The notes: a model not told the origin generated them from the sequence alone. Shown: positions 35,263 to 48,904, numbered from the stretch's first letter. The stretch: DNA of 64,000 bases from Octopus vulgaris (GCA_951406725.2 OX597826.1:31372001-31436000), one strand, 5' to 3'. Numbers and translations: made by a program.

Positions 35263-36055
35263 TCATTTTCATTATTTGTTTATGACGAGGTTTTCCCATT
35301 TTCAGTCATCGGACTTGCGGCGTCTTGGGGCTGCGCTATCAACAGTTTCCCTTACCCTTAATCGGTTATATCGATCACAGTATTGATTGTATTGCGCTCT
35401 GTACAACACACACACACAAAACCAAACGCATCCTTTAATATAATTATATTATAAAATTATAAATCAGTATAAAATCGCTACCTGTATGATTTTTATTTCA
35501 CGCTGGCCACTTGATAAAAAACATTGCAGTGATTTTATCCTTAACCTTGTATAATATATATATATATAGTATGCATGTTGGTGTTGACACACACACGTAC
35601 ATACATACATACAAAGTAATCTCGCTTTAAAAAACCTTCCTCGGCTTGGATTTCCCATTAAGCCCTTAAACTCTTCACGCAAGAAGAATCATGGGGAGGT
35701 AACCAAACCACTAAAATCGGGTGAGAAATTTAGAAATTTACTTTAAATAAGTTTCATTTGAAATGAAATCGACTCGGGCGTTATCACACGATAATACTGA
35801 CTACTAATTAACGAAACTATGTTGATTATTATTTATAGTTTAGATAATTGGTTTTGATATTTATCAGTGATGGATCTATTTCAAGTAAGAAATATTTTTA
35901 ATGATAATTTTCAATTGGCCGAAGTGTTTATTTTTATGACGTTCACCTCTACAAATAATCCATTATCCGAAGTTTTGCTATCATTTTTTTTTTGGGGGGG
36001 GGACTAAAATTAAAAACTAGTGTTTTACAGAGGATTATGAAAGGAGATTCCAACC

Positions 36056-36600
36056 GCGAAATGTTTTTCCCACGAGAGTTTCGGACCCCAGTTATGAACT
36101 CATTTGCATACAGCCAATCAGAGCTCATCTATCAAACTAATTTATGAACGCATAAACAAGTGATGGGCGCTAAGATAAGGTCACTTGTGTAAGCAATGAC
36201 CATGCTTCTTTTCTCTTTTAAGAACGCTTGTTGTTCTTGTTCTTGTTTCAACCTTGCCTGCCTCTGCGTATTTGTGTTGTTTACTTTGTAAAATAGTAAG
36301 GGGTGAGGGTTGCTCGCACATCACCCTCAAACCACATTTTCCCCATCCACATCTCTACCATATGGGGCCCTAACAAAATCCGATAATAGGTATAGATGCA
36401 AATCTATCTAATTACTTGTCTCCTTCTAAAATCAGGCATAACTTGGCGATCGGTCGACTTACAACACCGTTCTTCGTCTTGAGCTTACTTGGCAGAGTGT
36501 GTTTGTTAACTTGACAACAAGGCCAAGGTGAGCTCTGATTGGCTGTATGCAAGTGAGTTCATTACTGGGGTCCGGAACTCTTGTGGGAAAAAAATTTCGC
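36056..36600. mobile_element. Inverted-repeat element (MITE-like) carrying octamer and CCAAT motifs
   Basis: GCGAAATGTTTTTCCCACGAGAG...AGAGCTCA (36056-36128) is the reverse complement of about 36529-36600. Confidence 0.7.
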
Positions 36601-36703
36601 ATGCCGGCCAAATTTCGAATATCTTTTATTTTATCTCTTGGAAAGGTTATGAAAGTATGGATCGACTCACGCAGTTTTAGTTAAGAATTTGAGATAAGAT
36701 TTG

Positions 36704-36706
<3 letters not shown>

Positions 36707-36789
<83 letters not shown>

Positions 36790-36978
36790 ACTGGGTGGTG
36801 CTTCAGTTTATTAATACACGTTGCTAAAACGAATTAAGACTGACCAATTTAGTTCTATCCAGGTTTGTGTGTAGTATAAATAGCAGCAACTGTTCTTTTT
36901 GTGGTTAGAAAAGATGAGTGACTTCTGATGAAGCAATAACCAGCACCGAAATTACGAAAACCAATATTCATTTTCAGT

Positions 36979-37048
<70 letters not shown>
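36707..37048. repeat. (CA)n and (GA)n microsatellites
   Basis: (CA)n at 36707-36787 and (GA)n at 36983-37048. Confidence 0.95.
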
Positions 37049-37055
<7 letters not shown>

Positions 37056-39519
37056 ATTATTTTTCCTTCTCTTGTAATACTAAAAATATGTAGGTCTTAA
37101 TTAACGATCTATCGTGAGGTGAATTTAGCTTGTAATATATTATGCTGTAAGTCCCTTTATTTATTTATATTTACCTAATGAATTATAAGCTATTATTTAT
37201 AGCTGATTTCGTCTCGAAATATATCATTTATAAAAAAATTATTTACGTATATCTCGATGCTTCTTGCTTTGAAGGTTAACATGCACTTGAGGGGTTAAAA
37301 ATAAAATGAAAGGTAATTGACCGGAAGTGACATCCAATAATTTCATGTCAAGAAATCTGTGAACCACGACCTATGTAAAGAGCATAGAAATATTTTCATT
37401 TTGTAAGAGATGAAAATAGTCGCACGTTGCGTATAGTACATTGGAACGGTGTACTTCAGTTGCTATTTCTAAATACGGTTATCCATCGTCATATCGCGGT
37501 TAATTACTTAAGCTTACGTCAATTCCTCTGTGGTGTTGCTTTGCGTTTATAATGAAATGAATATATACAAATTATAAAAATAATAATAAAAAATATAGGA
37601 ACAATTCTGTTTCTACTTAGCGGATTTTCACCGATCGTGGGGCGGGGAGTTTAGAACGTAACAGTCACCATTGTTCTAGTAATTACTGCACTTCAGATAT
37701 TACTAGAAAGTACATCACAAATAGTTGCCTTAAAAATAAGGCGGCGAGCTGGCATTTCGGTGGCACATGTGGTATTTCGTTCTGAGTTCAAATTCCACCG
37801 AGGTCGACTTTACCTTTCATCCTTTCAGGGTCGATAAATTAAGTACCAGTTACGCACTGGGGTCGATGTAATCGACTTAATCCGTTTGTCTGTCCTTGTT
37901 TGTCCTCTCTATGTTTAGCCCCTTGTGGGCAAAAAAAAAAAAAAAAGAAAAAAGAAATAGGTGCCTTAATTTTACTAACAAAACTCTCTCAGTATGCCAA
38001 TCGACGGTTCCCGCCTACCAAATCCACTCACAAAGCTTTGGTCGCCCCGATGTTAATGTAGAATACACTTGCCCAAGGTGTCACGCAAACTGCTTACCTC
38101 TCAGCCACGCCTACGCCTCATGGATATTTTTGTATACATGGTATAACAATGGAGTTCTGTTTGTAAAATTATAGATTTCACCAGTTTTTTGAAATTTTCT
38201 CCTTATGAGATTATGGGATGTCACTGTTTTAACTTAGAGTCAATTTACTTTTTTGTCAAACCTTTAAACCACGTGCTGATCCCAGTTGAGTTTTAAATGT
38301 AAGCAGAAAATATGCCTATTAAAAACACTCCCTCGTAAATCTCACGATTGCAAGTTTGTAGTTTCGATTCTCGAACCGGGCGATGCGTTTGGACTTTTGA
38401 GCAGAACACTTAATTTCACCTTGTTCCAACTGTAAATGACAAACGGTGTGGTAGACTGGCGCCCCGTTGAGTGGAAATGTCTTGATTTCGGTCACTTAAA
38501 TGCTGTGGAAAACAGGTAACTGACCCAATGAGTCCAAGCACCCGCGACAGTAGTATCCAAGGGTTGATCATGATGTCACTAGCGTAGTTGGAGTGTGTGC
38601 GCCCGGGGCGGGCCTTCTGTTTGCCGCTCCCGTACCCCACTTAAAAAACACATTTTGCCTACAGCAGACCCCAAAGTGCCGCCCCTTTAAAAGTATCGCG
38701 CGGGGCGGACTGCCCCTGCCGCCCCTCTAGCTTCGCTTGTGGATGATGATGATGATGATGATGATAATGATAATGTAAATCTACCGGCATAGCTACACAA
38801 ATGTGCCACCGATTTTGTTTCCTCATAACTTTTAGTAAAATCGATATTTTTAAATGAAATATTCTACAAATAAGTTCCACATGGTGTAGATTACGATTAT
38901 TGGAATTCAGAGTGAAAAAAAAAATAAATAAATAAGTGGGTGTGCACACAAGGTGGCAAGCTGGCAGAATCGTTAGCACGCCGGGCGAAATACACTTAGC
39001 AGTATTTCGTCTGCCGTTACGTTCTGAGTTCAAATTCTGCCGAGGTCGACTTTGCCTTTCATCCTTTCGGGGTCGATAAATTAAGTACCAGTTACGCGCT
39101 GGGGTTGATCTAATCGACTTAATCCCTTTGTCTGTCCTTGTTTGTCCCCTCTATGTTCAGCCCCTTGTGGGCAATAAAGAAATAAGAATCGTTACTGCCC
39201 CGGACAAAATGCTTAGCGGCATTTCTGAGTTCAAATTCCGCTGAGGTCGACTTTGCCTTTCATTTCATCTTTTGGGCTCGATAAAATAAGTAGCAGTTGA
39301 ACATTTGGGGGCTCAACGTAATCGACTTACCCGCCCCCACCACCGTAATTGTTACCCTTGTGTTAAACTCTGAAATCAGTATGTATGTGTGCGTGTCCAC
39401 TAGTTTTATTTTCCACATTAATCCACAGATAATCGGAATGTATACCATCTGAAAGATATCTATACAAAATTTCATTAAAAAATATTAATTTTCCTTAAAG
39501 ATATAAAGGAACAAAATCA

Positions 39520-39945
39520 GGAGTGGCTGTGTGGTAAGTAGCTTGCTAACCAACCACATGGTTCCGGGTTCAGTCCCACTGCGTGGCATCTTGGGCAAGT
39601 GTCTTCTGCTATAGCCCCGTGCCGACCAATGCCTTGTGAGTGGATTTGGTAGACGGAAACTGAAAGAAGCCTGTCGTATATATGTATATATATATATATA
39701 TATATATAAGTGTGTGTGTATATGTTTGTGTGTCTGTGTTTGTCCCCCTAACATTGCTTGACAACCGATGCTGGTGTGTTTACGTCCCCGTCACTTAGCG
39801 GTTCGGCAAAAGAGACCGATAGAATAAGTACTGGGCTTACAAAGAATAAGTCCCGGGGTCGATTTGCTCGACTAAAGGCGGTGCTCCAGCATGGCCGCAG
39901 TCAAATGACTGAAACAAGTAAAAGAGTAAAACAGTAAAGAGTAAA
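39520..39945 (+). mobile_element. Intact SINE family B
   Basis: tRNA-like head (TGGCTGTGTGG, GGTTCAGTCCC), CTTGGGCAAGT core, internal (TA)n/(TG)n, (GTAAAGA)n-like tail. Other copies at 41245-41940, 42312-42763 (-) and 51112-51440. Confidence 0.9.
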
Positions 39946-40246
39946 GGGGATGGGACACACATTTGTATATATATATATATGAATCGATCTTACAAATGTA
40001 TTTATTTAATTCTAACATAGTAACAAGGCCTTATAGTTTTGAGAATTAATAGATTAATTATATCAATTCAATTGCTTGACAAACACCTAATTTTATCAAC
40101 TCCGGATTACAAAGTATTTATTTCAAATATTTTTTGTTGGCCGTCCTCGTTTTTAACCTTGCGCTCTTTTAATCTAATATTATTATTGTTATATAATATT
40201 GTTTTCTTTTTTGCTCCAATTAATAGTATCAATTATTACTTTTTTC

Positions 40247-40521
40247 GGCAATCTTTCGTCTCTAGTAGACCTTTCCGTCGATTTCTGTAAAAAACATTTT
40301 TTTTTTTACGTATGGGCTTGCGGGAACTTTTGAAGTTCACACACACACACACACACACACACATGTACATCAATGCTTCCCATGCAGGGTAACTTCAAAA
40401 GAACTTCCCTCGTCATACAATCGCTTTCTCTTAGTCTCTTTCGCTCTCATTACTTCAAAAGTTCCCGCAAGCCCATATGTAAAAAAAAAATGTTTTTTAC
40501 GGAAATCGACGTAACATCGCC
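40247..40521. mobile_element. Merlin-like MITE, same family as 19497-19889
   Basis: GGCAATC...ATCGCC, perfect 8-bp TSD CTTTTTTC. Confidence 0.85.
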
Positions 40522-40859
40522 CTTTTTTCTCAATTAATCCCAAAATATAAGTGTGTGTGTGTGTTTGTGTGCATATTTTTTTCCTAAATTATGTTTTTTC
40601 CAATATATCCTCTTTTGGAAAAAAAATTTTAGGGTGTAAGTTGAAGGAGATTATGGCTGCTGTTTCTAGCATATAGAATGCCCGCGTAAAGGTTCCGTAC
40701 ATAATTTGTGCGCGCATATGCATATGCGCGCGTGAGTGTGTGACCAAAGAACTAATATGGAGATATGCTACAAATTTAGGTATTTAACCAATCCCATAAC
40801 TTGACAGTTATATTTACAACGATGTCAATATTTACATAATGCCCGCGTGCGAGTATGCG

Positions 40860-40922
<63 letters not shown>

Positions 40923-41410
40923 CTCGCTGAAACGAATCATGATGGGGCCGTGAGAATTTCGAGAGGTGTGCGGTGATCATTCTGACACTCGCATAAGCAT
41001 ATGTGCGCATGAGTGAAAGAGTGGGTGGTTATGTGTGTGAGTAAGTGTGCGTGTATATGTGTGTGTGTGTTTGTGTGCGAACGTGTGTAGTGTGTGCGCA
41101 CGCGCGTGTGTGTATGGATGTATAATTATATAAATGTACATATGTAGTGTGCGTATGTATATATACATGTATGCATATGTATGCCAGTGTATATGTGTTT
41201 ATGTATGTGTATGTATAGGGTTAGTGTTCGGGTTGGGGGTTTAGGCGCAGGAGTGGCTCTTGATAAGCAAGCTGTTAAACCAAGCATGCTTCATGGTTCT
41301 TACCACATGGTTCTGGGCCGACCAAAGCCTTGTGAGTGGATTTGGTAGACAGAAACTGAAAGTAGCCCGTCGTATATATGCATATATATATATGCATATA
41401 TATATATATA

Positions 41411-41454
<44 letters not shown>

Positions 41455-41638
41455 TGTGACCGCGTGTGTACCGTTGGCGATTTTTTTCCCTCTGTCTTCC
41501 CTTCTCTGGATCTTTCCTTCTATATTTCCGACGAAGAGCTCCGCTCGAAACGTTAAACCCTCCTTTTTTGAGCGTCAAATAATGCTATATTTGTTCCACG
41601 TCCTCGCGTTGTGTCTTTTTGTGCTTTCTTGTTTGAAT

Positions 41639-41643
<5 letters not shown>
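41455..41643 (+). mobile_element. Penelope-like terminal repeat fragment in the (TA)n tract of a SINE
   Basis: Contains CCGACGA-AGAGC-TCC-GCTC-GAAACGTT, a minimal hammerhead-like motif. Confidence 0.5.
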
Positions 41644-41669
<26 letters not shown>

Positions 41670-42530
41670 CTGTATGTATGTATGTATGTATGTATGTATG
41701 TATGTATGTATGTATGTATGTATGTGTGTGTATATATTTGTGTGTCTCTGTCCCCCCAACATCGCTTGACAACCGATGCTGGTGTGTAACGTCCCCGTAA
41801 TGCAGCGGTTCGGCAAAAGTCACCGATAGAATAAGTACTAGGCTTACAAAGAATAAGTCCTGGGGTCGATTTGCTCGTCTAAAGGCGGTGCTCCAACATG
41901 GCCGCAGTCAAATGACTGAAACAAATAAGAGGGTAAGAGAGTATACACACACATACATGGCAACGTGGTTTTTATACTTTGTAATCAACAAGAAAGTTAT
42001 AGAAATGCACGGTACTTATCAAACAGTGTTTTGATTAAGTGCAAATGTACGGAACCTTTGATCCTTGAGTCACTTTCTGTCGATTAATCTGCCGTTCAAA
42101 GGGGAAAAGATCCTGTCGTCGTTCTCTGTGCACAACACGGTTCATTATCTGTGGTTAATGCTTGCATGCTTTGGAGGAGCGATATTCTCCTTTTCAACTC
42201 ACAATGCGAGGTGGGAAGGCTGATAGCGTCTAATCTTTTTCACTATCATGACGTACCATAAACGTAATTCCTTTCACTCGCTTTTACACAATGTCTTTCG
42301 ATTCAACAATTACTCTTTGACTCTTTTACTTGCTTCAGTCATTTGACTGTGGCCATGCTGGAGCACCGCCCTTTACTCGAGCAAATCGACTCCAGGACTT
42401 ATTCTTTGCAAGCCTAGTACCTTGTTCTATGGGTCTGTTTTGCCGAACCGCTAAGTTACGGGCACGTAAACACACCAGCATCATCGGTTGTCAAGCGATG
42501 TTGGGGGGACAAACACAGACACACAAACAT

Positions 42531-42613
<83 letters not shown>

Positions 42614-43435
42614 CGACGGGCTTCTTTCAGTGTCCGTCTACCAAATCCACTCACAAGGCTTTGGTCGGTCCGAGGCTATAGTAGAAGACACTTGCCCAAT
42701 GTGCTACGCAGTGGGACTGAACCCGGAACCATGTGGTTGGTAAGCAAGCTACTTACCACAGCCTAAATTGTTTATATTTAATTTCTACTTTGTGGCCAAC
42801 CCCCACTTTCAGCCAATAGTACACCGTTATTTTTGAAAAACTAATTACCCAATCAGATTTAAATGCTTAATCGTTGATTATGATATTTACAAGTTATCAA
42901 ATTTCATTTTTCTCTATTATGACAACCATCTGGTGAACAGTCACGTGAAACTGAGTAAGTGTTTGTGAAGTTTTTTCGGTTTTAATAAAATAGTATACAT
43001 TAAGACTGGTCCTCCTTCGGTGTCGACGACGAGCGTTTTAGTTGATCCGATCAACGGAACAACCTGCTCGTGAAATTAATGTACAAGTGGTTGAGCACTC
43101 CACAGACATGCGGGGCCTTAATGTAATTCCCAGGAAGATTCAGCGTGACACAGAATGTGATAAAGCTGGCCCTTTGAAATACAGGTAGTGCTCATATTTG
43201 TCAGCTGAGTGCACTGGAGCAACGTGAAATAATGTGTCTTGCTCAAGGTCACAACGCGCCGCCGGGAATCGAACACACGACTTCACGATCATGAGTCAAA
43301 TATCTCAACCATTAAGCCACGCGCCTTCACATACATACATACATACATACATACATACATACATACATACATACATACACACGCGCAAGCACACACATAT
43401 ATACATGTATATGCATACAACTAAGTACACATCTA

Positions 43436-44396
43436 GGATCTTTTCTTTTTGAAGGCCAGATTTTCCTAAAAAATTTGAAACTTCGTATACTGGTAGAATG
43501 TGTCAAAAGAAAACATTATAGTAAACAAAATTGAAAACAAAATTGTAATTCGTAACTTAAACGTAGTTTAATTTTAAGAATTTTAACCAATGAAATCGCA
43601 GCATTCGAGCTCAAATTATTTACCTCTTCTTCTGTCTTCTACATGTGCTAGAAATAACAGCTATATCTCTTAAATCGATTAATTTCGTCGCCCAATAAAA
43701 ATATTAACGATATTTTTTGAATATTTTCTTTATTTTTTTTTTACCGAAAAGGCTTCTCCCATGGGTTTGAAGGGCCAGAAACAACAAAAACAAAACAATA
43801 ATATGCCTAAATCGGTCTCGAGTTTGCGTGTGGAGTGTTAGTAGTAATGTAAAAATTTGCGAAATATTTTTTCATAAAAGGATGCCCCCAGCTTGTCGGA
43901 AGCTGTGATATAAATTGGGAAAAAATCCTCGACACCAGTGCGTAATTGGTACTTAATTTATCGACCCCGAAACGATGAAACATTGACCCCCCACTTCTGT
44001 GCAAATTTGTTGTGGCAAGTGGCAAAACACGAACGTGTATTTTTGCTTGTGTGCGTATGTGTGTGTATGTATATGTCCGTTTGTATGTGTGTGTACGCTT
44101 ATATATTAATTACTATGTGCTTGTGCAAATGTGTGTGTGTGTGTCGTGCGTCTGCTATATTTCTTTATCAATATCGATAACGCAGCAATGTTGGGATTTC
44201 ATTGGTTAATATTCGAAGATGTTGGGATTTCATTGGTTAAAATTCGTAAAAATTAAACTACGTTTAAGTTACAAATTACAATTTTGTTTTCAATTTTGTT
44301 TACAATAATGTTTTCTTTTGACACATTCTACCAGTATACGAAGTTTCAAATTTTTTAGTTAACTAGGAAAATCTGGCCTTCAAAAAGAAAAGATCT
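43436..44396. mobile_element. Foldback MITE related to 28497-29222
   Basis: About 160-bp inverted arms, GGATCTTTTCTTTTTGAA terminus and AAACTTCGTATACTGGTAGAATGTGTCAAAA block. No TSD seen. Confidence 0.8.
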
Positions 44397-44456
44397 CAAT
44401 TGTTTGTTTGTATTCCACCTGCCTTCGTCTTTTGCTTATTTTCATAAAGCTTCCCG

Positions 44457-44513
<57 letters not shown>

Positions 44514-44988
44514 TTGTGACCCCCTTCGGTCATGAATGACCAAAGGATTGCACCTAGAAAGTTACCCTCCCAGGCACAAGTCTGGGCAAGGTTGTTTATG
44601 GAAGACCAGCAGTCGCCCACGCATGCCAGCCTCCCCCCTCCACACCACCGATGTTATCCAATGACGTCGCAGCTCATTTGTTTAATGTGCAAGTGGCTGA
44701 GCACTCCATAGATACGTGTACCCTTAACGTAGTTCTCGGGGATATTCAGCGTGACACAGAGTGTGACAAGGCTGGCCCTTTGAAATACAGGTACAACAGA
44801 AACAGGAAAAAAGAGTGAGAGAAAGTTGTGGTGAAAGAGTACAGCAGGGTTCGTCACCACCCCCTGTCGGAGCCTCGTGGAGCTTTTAGGTCTTTTTGCT
44901 CAATAAACACTCACAATGCCCGGTCTGGGAATCGAAACCGCGATCCTACGACCGCAAGTCCGCTGCCCTAACCACTGGGTCATTGCAC

Positions 44989-45047
<59 letters not shown>

Positions 45048-45361
45048 TACATACACGAAAGAAAATTCAGAAAAGGGAGATGTAGCATTAGCATAATTTA
45101 TTAACTTCAAAACGTCCCACATATTCTCCTACAGTCTATTTTTAGCCTTCTCTCTCGTCTTCATTGTTTACGTTCTTATCATTCATAACCTAGTTTCATT
45201 TGCTCCCTTATTACAGTGAAGGAAAATTTGATAACTTTAGAAGTATTTGACAATCTGATAAACGTAACCCTTTATCTCACGTTCATGAGATACCCTTGCC
45301 ACTCAGCGTTCCATACTTATAAACCAAATATAACAGTGTCGATAAATGGTGGTGCGTGGTA

Positions 45362-45494
45362 TTATTGGTGGTAATGGAAGATGAGTAGGTAGTTTTATTG
45401 GTGGTAATGGGAGATGAGTAGGTAGTTTTATTGGTGGTAATGGGAGATGAGTAGGTAGTTTTATTGGTAGTAATGGGAGATGAGTAGGTAGTTT
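45362..45494. repeat. 33-bp minisatellite, about 4 copies
   Basis: Unit TTATTGGTGGTAATGGGAGATGAGTAGGTAGTT. Confidence 0.9.
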
Positions 45495-45859
45495 CAGTAG
45501 TTCACCTTATCAGAGGAAATATACTGTCGTTTGAAATACGATATTCCAATATTGCGCATAAGCATCAACTAATGCCCCTGATATTAAATAACGTCCTAAC
45601 ACAAACTGTATGCAAATTAGTAACCTCCAGGTCATGAAGCTACTGAATATATAAGCAAATTGTCAGCTTGTTTCTCTAGGATTGATCAAATTGATGTAGA
45701 TGCGTCTGATGAGAATCCAATAAGATTCGAAAAATCAATGGAGGTTGTTCATCATTTTTTTCACTCTGCGGAGATTAGCTAAACTAGCCCTGTTCATGAA
45801 TCTTATATGGGTTATATATGTATGAAATTCTCGGCCCTTGAGTCTCTCTGTTACTTCTT

Positions 45860-46500
45860 ACGGTTATTAATAGAATAGGAACTCTATTGGGTCTGTTCAG
45901 TTTGGCTCACAGATTTTTTAATTAATTTTTAAAAACTAAACTGTTTTAAACTTCGTATACTGGTGTAATTTCTCACGCAGAACACGGTTTACTTTGAACA
46001 TTTTTGACAAAATTTCGTATTTTAGGAGCTATTTCGTGTTAAAGTTGTCGCATTTTGGGTAATTTTAACCAATCAACGTGTATTCTGTTGAAGAAAACTA
46101 CTGCTATTTGCGATAGTAATCGAAGAGGAACAATATGCAACACAGGCAGTAAACAAAAACCAAAACAAAAAATAAATAAAAGAGAACAGAGTGGCGACAT
46201 TTAGTAGCGATGACTTGGAAGTTGTTCCTCTTCGATTACTATCGCAAATAGCAGAAGTTTTCTTCAACTGAACACACGTCGTTGATTGGTTAAAATTACC
46301 CAAAGACGACAACTTTAACATGAAATAACTTCTAAAATACGAAATTTTGTCAAAAATGTTCAAAGTAAACCGTGTTCTGCATGAGAAATTAGACCAGTAT
46401 ACGAAGTTTCAAACTGTTTAGTTAAAAAAAAAAAATAATAAAAAAATCTGTGAGCCAAACTGAACAGACCCAATAGAGCTCCTATTCTATTAATAACCGT
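45860..46500. mobile_element. Foldback element with about 270-bp near-perfect arms
   Basis: Core GGGTCTGTTCAG...CTGAACAGACCC (45889-46471) shares AAACTTCGTATACTGGT with 28497 and 43436. Arms extend at least 29 bp beyond the core. Confidence 0.85.
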
Positions 46501-46509
46501 CAGAACAAG

Positions 46510-48692
46510 GGCTGGAAACATGGGCGTTTTCTGAACATCAGGTTACGTGGATTGGATGTTATTGTTGCTACTGAAACCAAGTTAAGTGGATCAAGAGACT
46601 TACTCCCACTCCTAAATTGTTATGAGAAATTTATTTCTTCATACCATACTTTGGGTGGAAGAGTGTCCACAGTTTCATCTGGTCAGCTACAGTGATCACA
46701 AGCTTGTGTCCTGTAAGCTCGACATAGAGAGGCCACATAGGCAAGGCTCCGGCTACTGGAAACTCAAAACGTCCCTTTTGGCGAATGAGTACAGGAGCCA
46801 GTTTAAGTTGTTAGAGCAGAGAGCATTAACCAATACCATTATAAATAATAAATGGTGGTATGTTCTCAAATGAGGCATAAAATTTGAGTCTATTAGATAT
46901 AGCATAGGATTAGTGGATAAGGAAACAAAGAAAGAGAGAGCACTAGTTAAGGCCCTAGAAGAGGCAATGAGGACTGGTTCTGCATCCCTGGTATTGGCGA
47001 AGAGACTGGAATTAAACCAGCACCTCGAAGCCAAACACCCGGGATGCATTGTCATAGCAATGGGACGTGAGGGAATCAGGGCTGCTGGATGAGCCCGAGT
47101 GATAGAAGCATAACGTGGAAATAATTCCACAATAAAGTCTTTGACGAACCAACAAGGTAATTTGGTAAACGAACTCGAGATGTGCGCGGCCTTTCAGGAG
47201 CACTTCGCTCAGCTTTTCGGGTGGGACGGTTGACTGGAGAGCAGGAGGGACCTAACGGATTTCCTCGCCGGGCTGTCGCGTCTCTCTGGGGTGAGAAGTG
47301 AAGTGCTGTGGAGGACCGATCACAGCTGCGGAGGTGGAGGAGGCTATGGCGGACTGCGGCGGACACAATTCGCCGGGACTAGATAGTCTACCCTGTGAAT
47401 TATATAACAGTATGCCAGACTTGTTCCAGCACCTGATAGTATGTGTCTTTGTGAACTGGCAGCAGAATGGATCCATTCCCAGATCTGTATGCCGGGGAGT
47501 AGTGACGCTGGTTAGAAAGGACCCGAACAAGGGGGATTCTTTAGATAATTTTAGGCCCATCACTCTATTAAATATAGAGTTGAAGATTTTGGCCAGGGTT
47601 TTAGCGAAAAGGTTGGCGCGTGTCGCGGATGGACTCGTTGGGGGAGGCACAAACCTGTGCCATTCCCGGCAGATCCATTCAGGACAATCTCCACCTTATA
47701 CACTATACCTCAGTGGGGATTAATAGCAAATCTGGCACGAGGGGAGTACTGGTCTATTTAGACCATGCTAAGGCTTTTGATAAGGTTGACCATTAGTACC
47801 TGATGTCGGTCCTCGCGGCGTTCAGCTTGGGTCCGAAATTCCGTAGTTGGATCATCGCCGTGTATGACAACATCGACTCGATAGTTCGAGTGAACGGTTT
47901 CCTTTCGAAGCCGTTCCACATCAAACGCTCATCTCACCAGCCTGTTCCGAAGAACATTCAGGCCGGGATCCCTGGATAATTTCCAGAAATCCTTACCCTG
48001 GTAATGTTACTGAGGAGCCTTACCTATTTGGGATAAGCTCACAAGGTGCGGCTGCCCGGCTTATCGACTTGTCCAAGATGCGTGCAGGACAGGGAAACTG
48101 TCCTGCATGCGATTGTGCAATGTTTGGGAGTGTCAGATCTGTGGACTTATGTCGAACAACTGTTGTCAAGTGTTGGAAGAGTACAGCTGTCCGCTGAGTC
48201 AATTGTAAAAATTGACCCACCTACCTCCTTGAATAGAAATGGTAAGATTTGTTTTCTCACAGTAGTGGCAGTTGCGAAAGAGGTTATATGGACGACCAGA
48301 ATGAAAGGATTTGCAACCGGCACCTTCATCTCTGGCCCTGCATTGGTAGATTTTTTCATTTTTCATCTGAAAAGGAAAATAGAGCTGGAGAGGAGATGCC
48401 TGTCAGCTATTGTGTTTTGGAAAAGATGGCAGAGTAGGGTACGGATGTTACGAATGAAAGTGCCCACATGAATATCCCGTAAGAGATTTACCTAACATAT
48501 CAGTGGTGGAACGGGGCTTGTGGGGTCGAAGCAGAACCCGTCCCCCACTTCATTGTTTCATGTCTTTGTTTGCTCAGACATTCGATTTACCTTGTCATTA
48601 ATTTTTTAAACGTTTTCATCTCTATGTAAATCATCTGAACCCGCCAGATTGTATTGTTCCATCTTTGTTAACTCCTAGAGGGTGATAAAAAA
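46510..48692 (+). mobile_element. Decayed L1/Tx1-type LINE ORF2 with internal deletions
   Basis: LDVIVATETKL, SDHKLV, GYWKL, SPGLD, NFRPITLLN, KAFDKVD and CPRC...ETVLH. Homologous to the ORF2 of 21636-28408. Confidence 0.88.
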
Positions 48693-48904
48693 TGTCTATA
48701 CTGCAAAATTCAATGGCTTTCGAGAAGGAACAATGCTTCTACATGCTAATCATTAAAACGTAGGAAAAACGGCTTTGAAGTATTTGTTAAAAGTCGGTAC
48801 GTTCTGAGTTCAAGTCCCATCGAGGTCAGCTTTGCTTTCCCTCCTTTCGGGAATAAGTGCTGGGGTCGATTTGAACCATTAACCACGCACAAGTATAAGG
48901 TTAT

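Noticed and set aside
45362-45494. CRISPR-like array
   Set aside because: Contiguous tandem units without unique spacers, no cas genes, eukaryotic context.
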